A stretch of 64,000 bases of DNA from an uncultured Planctomycetia bacterium (lineage in GTDB: Bacteria; Omnitrophota; Gorgyraeia; 2-02-FULL-51-18): contig CAZSGP010000001.1 of assembly GCA_964606485.1 (NCBI GenBank), forward strand, positions 417,085 to 481,084. The letters run 5' to 3'. A program made the position numbers and the translations under genes. Below, piece after piece: positions 56,719 through 64,000 of this stretch. The notes below the pieces were generated by a model. That model saw only the letters and a list, made by a program, of their open reading frames with translations. It was not told where the DNA came from and made no database searches. Position 1 is the stretch's first letter. Each line of letters begins with the position of its first letter.

Positions 56719-57810
56719 ATGAGAAGACGCACTAGACAAATAGTAGCTATCGATCTGTTCTGCGGCGCTGGTGGCCTGACCAAGGGCCTGGAGGATGCAG
56801 GGATAAAAGTGCGGCTGGGCGTCGACGCTGACCCGGCCTGCAAGTATCCCTTCTCGGCGAACAACAAAGCAAAATTTCTTCTCGCTAAGGTAGAAGACGT
56901 CAAATCCGAGCAGCTTAATGAGTTCTATGGAAAGAATAGCATTAGGGTCTTGGCAGGCTGTGCCCCATGCCAAACATTTTCTACCTATAATCAAAAAGCT
57001 AATAGTTCTGATGAGCGCTGGTGGTTGCTACTCCAGTTCTCTCGATTAGCGAAGGAAATACTGCCTGAAGTCATTACGATGGAAAATGTGCCGCGTTTAC
57101 AAAAGCAAGATGTGTTCGGCCGATTTGTGCGAGATCTCAAACGTTCCGGTTATTACGTGACTTCACAAGTTGTGAGTTGTCTCAACTACGGCGTTCCGCA
57201 GCAGCGCAAAAGACTGGTGTTGCTCGCCTCACGACTCGGGCCTATCGAGTTGAGAAGGCCGATAGATATTTCTAAATCAAATCTTACAGTGCGCAAACAT
57301 ATTGGATCTCTACCTACTATTAAGGCTGGTGCCGCTCATAAAAATGATCGGCTGCATCGAAGCTCCAATCTTTCTGAGATGAATCAGAGGCGCATCAGGG
57401 CTTCTGCGCCAGGTGGTACCTGGCGCGATTGGGATAATTCAATCGTGGCTAAGTGTCACAGAAAGAAACAGGGGAAAACTTATCCGAGCGTCTACGGAAG
57501 AATGAAGTGGGATGAGCCAGCCCCAACTCTGACCACTCTTTTTTTTGGGTTTGGGAATGGCCGCTTCGGGCATCCATCGCAAAACAGAGCCATTTCGCTG
57601 CGCGAAGGCGCTATTCTCCAAAGTTTTCCAAGGACCTACAAGTTCGTGGAACCAAGAAAGCCCGTGTTCACTAGAACCATAGGTCGATTGATTGGAAATG
57701 CCGTGCCCGTGAAATTAGGCACGGCTATTGGTGAGAGTATTTTGCAGCACGTTTCCGAATGGCGTGGGAGAAGACCTGCGCCACGCCTACAAAATCGAAA
57801 AGATAACTAA
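56719..57810 (+). CDS. dcm: DNA (cytosine-5)-methyltransferase
   Basis: Motif I IDLFCGAGGLTKG, motif IV GCAPCQTFS, ENV, QQRKRLVLLAS, motif X GNAVPVKLG. AAGGAG RBS 13 nt upstream of the ATG at 56719. Confidence 0.9.
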   Translation: MRRRTRQIVAIDLFCGAGGLTKGLEDAGIKVRLGVDADPACKYPFSANNKAKFLLAKVEDVKSEQLNEFYGKNSIRVLAGCAPCQTFSTYNQKANSSDERWWLLLQFSRLAKEILPEVITMENVPRLQKQDVFGRFVRDLKRSGYYVTSQVVSCLNYGVPQQRKRLVLLASRLGPIELRRPIDISKSNLTVRKHIGSLPTIKAGAAHKNDRLHRSSNLSEMNQRRIRASAPGGTWRDWDNSIVAKCHRKKQGKTYPSVYGRMKWDEPAPTLTTLFFGFGNGRFGHPSQNRAISLREGAILQSFPRTYKFVEPRKPVFTRTIGRLIGNAVPVKLGTAIGESILQHVSEWRGRRPAPRLQNRKDN

Positions 57811-60800
57811 TGCCCATTGAAGTCGAGTCGATACGAAGTAGTAAACCCTCTTCTCATAGCTATGTCGTGCCCGAGCAAGGCCAGCTCGTCGAAGTACGTC
57901 GCAGGCAATGGGTCGTTGCTGACGTGGCGAGGTCATCGCTTCAAAGCAATACCCACAAACAGTTCGAACATCTTTTACGGTTGGCTTCGATTGACGAAGA
58001 TGCTTTGGGTGAAGAGCTGCACGTTATATGGGAACTAGAGCCCGGTGCTCGAGTTCTGGAAAAAGCAGGGCTTCCGACACTTTCAGGGATTGACGAGTCA
58101 CGGCGAATGGATGCATTTTTAGACGCAATCCGCTGGGGTGCAGCCACGAATGTTGATATCCAAGCACTACAGGCGCCATTCAGGAGTGGCATAGCGATTG
58201 AGGATTACCAGCTAGATCCATTGGTCCGAGCGCTTGATATGCCTCGAGTCAATCTCCTGATTGCCGACGATGTGGGATTGGGAAAGACGATTGAGGCTGG
58301 GCTCATCATACAGGAAATGCTACTCCGATATCGAGCACGAACAGTACTAGTCGTTTGCCCAGCGTCTCTACAGGTGAAGTGGCAACAAGAGATGCGGGAG
58401 AAGTTCGGTTTAGATTTTAGGATAGTTGATACAGACTATATGCGCGAGCTCAGACGCTCTCGCGGGATTCATACGAATCCATGGACATCATTTCCGCGGC
58501 TCATTACTTCAATTGATTGGATCAAATCCGACTTCGCGATGACGATGATGAAGGATATTCTTCCCAGGATTCCGACTTATCCGAGAAAGTTCGATATGCT
58601 CGTCGTTGACGAAGCTCATAATGTTGCGCCAGTCGGCGGCGGAAACTACGCTGTCGATAGTTTGAGGACCCAGGCGATAAATGCGATCGCTCCTCATTTC
58701 GAGCACCGTCTTTTTTTATCCGCAACTCCTCACAACGGTGACAAAGTTTCTTTTACTGGGCTATTGGAGATGCTTGATAGTCAACGTTTCGCTAGAGGTA
58801 TCAGCCCAGATGCTAAAAGCCTAGAGCAGATCATGGTACGGCGGCTCAAGACAGATATTGTGGAAAAAGATGGAAAACCCGTGTTTCCTGTCCGAAAACT
58901 TGAAGCCCTGGAAGTCGATTATGCAGAAGAAGAACGTGAAATCCACGAGCTCTTAAAGCGATACAGCGAGTCGCGCGTAAAAAATGCCAAAGGCGTGGGA
59001 GGTGGGTACGGGACGTATTTCTTGCTTAAACTTCTCAAAAAGAGGTTGTTTTCTTCTCCCGCCGCATTTGCATCTACGCTGGAAAAGCACCGCGAGAACC
59101 TGTCAGGACGCCACGCCAAATCCACGGCTGATCACTTGGACGAGCGAATTCTTCATCAGGCTATACAACGTGTAGACGAAGATTACGCGGATGACGAAGT
59201 GAAGGAATCTGATTTATTGGACGCCATTCAAACAGCTACTGCATCGTGTGTCAGCGTTAATCCAAGTGAGAAGGAGATGCTAGATAAGATGACACGTTGG
59301 GCCGAGAAGGCTAGAGAAAAGCCAGATTCAAAGATGTCAGCCGTTATTGAGTGGTTAGACCTACATATTAAGCCCAAGGGCCAATGGGCAAGCGAGCGAG
59401 TAATTATTTTTACTGAGTATCGCACGACGCAGAAGTGGCTAGTGGACATCCTAACGGCCAAGGGATTCGGCGGACAAGATCGGCTGATGACAATCTATGG
59501 CGGGATGGACGTGAAACAAAGAGAGATGGTCAAGGCTGCTTTCCAGGCGAACCCTGAAGGGTCACCCGTGAGGATTTTGGTTGCGACGGACGCCGCTGCA
59601 GAGGGTATCGATTTGCAGAATCACTGCTCCCGCATGATCCATTTCGAGATACCTTGGAATCCAAATATCATGGAGCAGCGCAACGGGCGTATTGATCGAC
59701 ATGGGCAGCGTGATAAAGAGGTCCAAGTCTGGCATCCCGTGAGTAAGGGCTACGGAAAGAAGATCGGTGAGGGAAGAGAGCGGGTGGGCGCGCTTGATGG
59801 AGATCTTGAGTTTTTGATGGCTGCTGCGAAAAAAGTAGAGTCGATTCGGCAGGATTTGGGCAGCGTCGGTTCCGTGATTGCCCAGCAAATTGAAGAAGCC
59901 ATGATTGGGAAAAGAATCTCTCTGGATACGCGAAACATTGAGACGCAGGCTACGGAAACACGGAAGCGACTTCCAACCGAAAAGAGGATCCGCGAGCGTG
60001 TTGAGCGCTTGCATCAGAGACTGCTAGAAAGCGTAGAAGCTTTCCGACTGAGCCCAGAAAACGTGGCTAATGCTGTGAAGGTTGCTCTTGAGATAGCGAA
60101 TCAACCGGCGTTGCGGCCAATCCGATTCAGTGGTGCCCCGGAGGGAACAGTTTTCGAGATGCCTGCATTTCAAGGAACGTGGGCGCGATGTGCGGAGGGC
60201 CTTGCCCATCCCCACACGCAGGCAAAACGCCCGATTACATTTCACCATGATGTGGCCAAAGGACGCGATGACGTGGTTTTGGTTCATTTGAACCATCGCC
60301 TCACACAACTGTCCCTCGGTTTGTTACGAGCAGAGGTATGGGCGATGGAGGATACCAAGAAACTCCATCGTGTTGTCATCCGAAGTATTCCAAAAATGTT
60401 TTCCGAGCATCCGGTTATAGGAGTTTGGTCACGTCTAGTTGTTACCGGAAAGCAGTCGCACCGATTACACGAAGAGCTAACTCTCTCCGGCGGGCAAATC
60501 TGCCAGGGGAAGCTTGAAAGATTGAGCGTGACCCAAATGCAAGAGATTGCAGATGCATCACGTAATGAGCCACCAACAAATTTCCGTCTAAATGATCTGA
60601 AAAAAGTATGGCCTGACCTTGAGTCTAGTATTTTGGGCGCAGTCGAGGCGAGGTCCAGAGACCGTATGCGGAACCTCGAAAGTACACTAAAAATAAGGAA
60701 AGAAAAACTTGTGAAGGATGCAGCCGATATTCTGTCGGAGCTCAAGGCCACCATTGAAAGAGAAATCAACGACACGAATCCTGCTAGTCAGCAGCTTGAG

Positions 60801-60992
60801 TTCTGGAAGAGTGAAGAAAAGATCCAGCTAGAAAAGAACACATCAAGTCTGCGGTCTCGCATGGCTGAGATTCCAAAAGAGATCGAAGAAGAAAAGCGCT
60901 CAATAGAAACACGATTTGATTCGCCGGTAGCTAGGACGTTCCCCGTTGCTATCAGCGTATTTGTGCCATCGGATGGAGAGGGGAAGCTCTGA
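57810..60992 (+). CDS. SNF2-family helicase (DISARM DrmD-like)
   Basis: 1060 aa. LLIADDVGLGKTIEAG (motif I), LVVDEAHNV (DEAH), helicase-C ILVATDAAAEGIDLQ...EIPWNPNIMEQRNGRIDRHGQ. The start overlaps the dcm stop (TAATG). Confidence 0.85.
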   Translation: MPIEVESIRSSKPSSHSYVVPEQGQLVEVRRRQWVVADVARSSLQSNTHKQFEHLLRLASIDEDALGEELHVIWELEPGARVLEKAGLPTLSGIDESRRMDAFLDAIRWGAATNVDIQALQAPFRSGIAIEDYQLDPLVRALDMPRVNLLIADDVGLGKTIEAGLIIQEMLLRYRARTVLVVCPASLQVKWQQEMREKFGLDFRIVDTDYMRELRRSRGIHTNPWTSFPRLITSIDWIKSDFAMTMMKDILPRIPTYPRKFDMLVVDEAHNVAPVGGGNYAVDSLRTQAINAIAPHFEHRLFLSATPHNGDKVSFTGLLEMLDSQRFARGISPDAKSLEQIMVRRLKTDIVEKDGKPVFPVRKLEALEVDYAEEEREIHELLKRYSESRVKNAKGVGGGYGTYFLLKLLKKRLFSSPAAFASTLEKHRENLSGRHAKSTADHLDERILHQAIQRVDEDYADDEVKESDLLDAIQTATASCVSVNPSEKEMLDKMTRWAEKAREKPDSKMSAVIEWLDLHIKPKGQWASERVIIFTEYRTTQKWLVDILTAKGFGGQDRLMTIYGGMDVKQREMVKAAFQANPEGSPVRILVATDAAAEGIDLQNHCSRMIHFEIPWNPNIMEQRNGRIDRHGQRDKEVQVWHPVSKGYGKKIGEGRERVGALDGDLEFLMAAAKKVESIRQDLGSVGSVIAQQIEEAMIGKRISLDTRNIETQATETRKRLPTEKRIRERVERLHQRLLESVEAFRLSPENVANAVKVALEIANQPALRPIRFSGAPEGTVFEMPAFQGTWARCAEGLAHPHTQAKRPITFHHDVAKGRDDVVLVHLNHRLTQLSLGLLRAEVWAMEDTKKLHRVVIRSIPKMFSEHPVIGVWSRLVVTGKQSHRLHEELTLSGGQICQGKLERLSVTQMQEIADASRNEPPTNFRLNDLKKVWPDLESSILGAVEARSRDRMRNLESTLKIRKEKLVKDAADILSELKATIEREINDTNPASQQLEFWKSEEKIQLEKNTSSLRSRMAEIPKEIEEEKRSIETRFDSPVARTFPVAISVFVPSDGEGKL

Positions 60993-63900
60993 TGAACCAA
61001 CACGCAGAACTTTTGTCTCTCATAGAACACACTGGCCCGTTTCTCACAGAACCGGTCTTGGACCGCATTTTTCCGCAAGGCATAGATCCTATAGAACACG
61101 GGACCGGAGCGCGTCTGAGATCTGCTTATACGGAATGGACAGAGTCTCAACAGCGTTGCGATGCTGAAAGCCCCAAAATACATGCGGCTTGGATCGATAT
61201 GATGTTGAGAGAGGGGCTTGATTACGAGGAGCGTAGTCTTCGGAGAGGATCTGCGGTATCTGTCGAAATCACAGTTGATCTCGCAGAGCATAACGAGAAG
61301 ATTTCTCCTGAAATAGCTCTCGTCAATCCGGAAGGAAGAACAAATGCTGGTAAAGCAAGGCTTCTGTTGGCCATTTGGCCATTTGGCCAGGATCTAGTCG
61401 GTCAAACGAAGGATTTAAAATGGGCGGCATCTCCCATCGAACGGATGACGGTATTGTGCCGCACCACTGGTACGCAGCTAGGTTTGGTAACCAATGGCGA
61501 AAGATGGACTCTTGTCGATGCGCGTGAAGGCCAAAGTGTAGCCATAGCGTCATGGTACGCACGGCTATGGTTTCAAGAACCATTGACCTTGCAGGGGTTT
61601 CTCTCGCTTTTGGGGGCCCGCCGGTTTTTTGGTGTGCCAGAAGGGGATACGATCGAATCACTTTTTGTGGAATCGAGCAATTACCAGGAAGAAGTCACGG
61701 ATCAGCTGGGACTCCAGGTCCGCCAAGCCGTTGAAGTTCTTGTCCAGGCGCTCGACCGTGCGGACAAGGACCGTAAACGTGAGCTTCTGAAAGATGTCGA
61801 TCCCGTGAGACTCTATGATGCCGCGCTGACTGTCATGATGCGCCTGGTATTCCTTTTTTGCGCCGAAGAACGCGGCCTACTTTTGCTGGAGGACGAAATC
61901 TATGATAGCTGTTATGCCGTATCCACTCTGCGCGGTCTATTGCGCGAACAAGCCGACAAAATCGGGCTCGAAGTTCTAGAGCGACGGCATGACGCTTGGG
62001 CCCGTCTTCTGGCTATTTTTCGAGCGATATACGGCGGGATCTACCACGAAAATTTACGGTTACCTGCTTTAGGGAGTTCATTATTCGATCCAGATCGGTA
62101 TCCATTTCTTGAGGGGAGGGGTGAGAAGACGAGCTGGAGGGATACACCAGCTTTTCCACTACCAATTGACAATCGAACTGTACTCCATCTACTTGAGTCC
62201 TTGCAACTTCTGCGAAGGAGAGGGGGGCGTGGCTTCCAAGAAGCCAGGCGGCTTTCTTTTCGCGCACTTGATATTGAGCAAATCGGTCATGTTTACGAAG
62301 GTTTGCTTGATCATGTTGCGGTGCGCGTCAAATCGCCAACCCTCGGTCTGGTCGGGGCCAAAAGGCAAGAGACCGAAATTTCGCTCGAAGATTTAGAAGA
62401 AAATAGAAAGAAAGGTGAAACCAAACTCATTGAGTTTCTGAACGAAGAAACAGGACGTTCTATCAATGCCTTGAAAAATGACCTCCACCGAAAACCCACG
62501 GAAGATATCCGATCAGCGCTTGTCACAGCTTGTGGGAATGACGAAGAACTCCTGGAGCGAGTTTTGCCATTCCATGCACTCATCCGGGACGACGTTTGGG
62601 GATACCCCGTGGTTTATCAAACGGGGAGTTTTATGGTTACTGGTGGCGCGGATCGACGGTCTACAGGAACTCACTACACACCTAAATCATTCACCGAAGA
62701 AATCGTTAAGGAAACACTCATTCCTCTCGTTTATGAGGGCCCCTCCGAAGGAAGGCTGCGTCATGCGTGGAAACTCAAATCAGCGGCTGAGCTTCTGGAT
62801 CTAAAGATTTGCGACATGGCCATGGGCTCGGCGGCTTTTCTTGTCCAGGTATGTGAGTGGTTGGGGGAGCGTATAGTCGAGGCGTGGATGCTAGCAGAGG
62901 AAATTGGGCAAATTGTTCTGGCGGATGGAAACGTGGTCCAAAATGCCAGTGGATTAGAAACATTAGCTCGCGACAAAGATGAAAGATTGTTGGTGGCAAA
63001 GCGACTAATTGCCGAGAAGTGTATTTACGGAGTAGATATCAATCCAATGGCAGTCGAACTTGCCAAGCTTTCGATATGGCTTGTGACGATGGCGAAAGGA
63101 CGTCCATTTGGCTTTCTTGATCATAATCTCCGGTGCGGGGATAGTTTGCTTGGCATCAATAGGTTAGATCAACTGACGAATTTAAGCATGGAACCAGATG
63201 ATAAATTTCAAGGGCGATTGTTTGGCCAAAAAATTGAGGTTGCCGTCAAGGAAGCTCTCCAAATAAGAAAAAAACTGAGAGAGATCCAGATTTTGGACAT
63301 CAATGATATAGACATCATGAAACGTCTGGACCGTGAAGCTAGGGAGAAGCTCGAAAACGTTGAGCTCATCGCAGATGCAATGATTGGCGAGGTTCTCTGC
63401 CATGGCAGCAATGAGAAAGCCCTTGAGGCAGCACTGTCAGTCTTGTCTGGATTGGCAGATGAATTAATCCTAGGTAAGGTTGGCGTAAAAGAGCGGATAC
63501 TTAAAACTGCTCAAGCAACGCTCGCTTGTGGTCTTCCCGCGGGAACGCCGCCGCGCATGCCATTTCACTGGGCGGTGGAATTTCCCGAAGTTTTTGCTCG
63601 GGAAGGATTTGATGCGATTGTGGGCAATCCCCCCTTTCTTGGTGGAACGCGTATCAGCGAGGTTTGCGGGGATGAATATAACTTATTTCTTGCTCTGCTA
63701 TGGCCGCCAGCATCTCGAAAGACAGACTTGTGTGCCTTTTTCTTTAGAAATGCCTATCTACTTTTGAGATCTAGGGGCTCACTTGGCATGCTCGCCACGA
63801 ATACCATATCTCAGGGGACTACGCGTAAGGGCGGGTTAGAAATTATCTTAACTAATGGAGGAAAAATTGTGCGTGCTTGGCCGTCTTTTAAGTGGCCGGG

Positions 63901-64000
63901 CACAGCATCAGTCATTGCTTCGGCCGTCTGGATTTTTAAAGGCGAATGGGGAGCTAAGTGCGTGGTTGATAACAACCTTTGTGCATATATCGATAGTCTT
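60992..64000 (+). CDS. Large N6-adenine DNA methyltransferase (gamma class; DrmMI/PglX-like), 3' end beyond window
   Basis: At least 1003 codons open to the window end. It is missing from the ORF track because no stop falls in the window. Motif I LDLKICDMAMGSAAFLV and motif IV AIVGNPPFLGG follow a ~650-aa N-terminal domain. The start overlaps the helicase stop (TGATG). Confidence 0.8.
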   Translation, partial: MNQHAELLSLIEHTGPFLTEPVLDRIFPQGIDPIEHGTGARLRSAYTEWTESQQRCDAESPKIHAAWIDMMLREGLDYEERSLRRGSAVSVEITVDLAEHNEKISPEIALVNPEGRTNAGKARLLLAIWPFGQDLVGQTKDLKWAASPIERMTVLCRTTGTQLGLVTNGERWTLVDAREGQSVAIASWYARLWFQEPLTLQGFLSLLGARRFFGVPEGDTIESLFVESSNYQEEVTDQLGLQVRQAVEVLVQALDRADKDRKRELLKDVDPVRLYDAALTVMMRLVFLFCAEERGLLLLEDEIYDSCYAVSTLRGLLREQADKIGLEVLERRHDAWARLLAIFRAIYGGIYHENLRLPALGSSLFDPDRYPFLEGRGEKTSWRDTPAFPLPIDNRTVLHLLESLQLLRRRGGRGFQEARRLSFRALDIEQIGHVYEGLLDHVAVRVKSPTLGLVGAKRQETEISLEDLEENRKKGETKLIEFLNEETGRSINALKNDLHRKPTEDIRSALVTACGNDEELLERVLPFHALIRDDVWGYPVVYQTGSFMVTGGADRRSTGTHYTPKSFTEEIVKETLIPLVYEGPSEGRLRHAWKLKSAAELLDLKICDMAMGSAAFLVQVCEWLGERIVEAWMLAEEIGQIVLADGNVVQNASGLETLARDKDERLLVAKRLIAEKCIYGVDINPMAVELAKLSIWLVTMAKGRPFGFLDHNLRCGDSLLGINRLDQLTNLSMEPDDKFQGRLFGQKIEVAVKEALQIRKKLREIQILDINDIDIMKRLDREAREKLENVELIADAMIGEVLCHGSNEKALEAALSVLSGLADELILGKVGVKERILKTAQATLACGLPAGTPPRMPFHWAVEFPEVFAREGFDAIVGNPPFLGGTRISEVCGDEYNLFLALLWPPASRKTDLCAFFFRNAYLLLRSRGSLGMLATNTISQGTTRKGGLEIILTNGGKIVRAWPSFKWPGTASVIASAVWIFKGEWGAKCVVDNNLCAYIDSL

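Noticed and set aside
1-64000. CRISPR arrays, rRNA genes, IS elements with terminal inverted repeats
   Set aside because: No regularly spaced direct repeats, no rRNA-like conserved blocks, and no transposase-like ORFs were seen on either strand.

Overview
This 64 kb window comes from a diderm (Gram-negative-type) bacterium. It encodes BamD-like, LptE-like, Lnt and MurJ functions. GC is about 50% in the core region and visibly lower in the last ~20 kb. Its source is probably an uncultivated lineage.

The first ~35 kb is conserved core genome, in order:
- Two tRNAs (Met-CAT, Val-CAC).
- A COG1579 zinc-ribbon gene, an RNase HI-like gene and an RNase P RNA (type A).
- A secreted PDZ/TPR protein and a HAMP membrane protein.
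- A complete dcw cell-wall/division cluster with a consensus sigma70 promoter and MraZ boxes: mraZ, rsmH, ftsL, ftsI, murE, murF, mraY, murD, ftsW, murG, a single 1071-aa MurC-MurB-Ddl fusion ORF, ftsQ, and a short FtsA-like gene. No ftsZ follows.
- A riboflavin operon fused directly onto it: ribBA, ribH, nusB, ribD, ribE.
- A TPR protein, an LptE-like lipoprotein, holA, rpsT (minus strand), murJ, a short uvrC, a DUF883/ElaB-like gene, prfB with the canonical CUU-UGA-C +1 frameshift site, secA, lnt, and a small secreted repeat protein.

From ~35.1 kb the content becomes accessory:
- An orphan CheY-like response regulator (minus strand) divergent from a giant 2924-aa secreted multidomain protein. 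That protein has YD/RHS-like repeats, a coiled coil, a degenerate C39-like peptidase domain, a Gly/Ala-zipper segment and a low-GC C-terminal module with a Cys/His motif. It is translationally coupled to two small genes, which is a polymorphic-toxin/immunity-like arrangement.
- A low-GC island: an excisionase-type HTH protein, a hypothetical alpha/beta-hydrolase-like protein, a SAM methyltransferase, a 7TM-GAF histidine kinase, a receiver protein and a standalone FtsH-like M41 peptidase domain.
- A prophage remnant: D12 Dam methylase, ParB-like nuclease, small and large terminase, and a tyrosine integrase.
- A translationally coupled defense operon: excisionase-type HTH, C5-cytosine methyltransferase, SNF2 helicase and a >1003-aa N6-adenine methyltransferase that runs off the window end. 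It resembles the drmD-drmMI part of DISARM class 1 plus an extra 5mC methylase.

No CRISPR arrays or rRNA genes are present.
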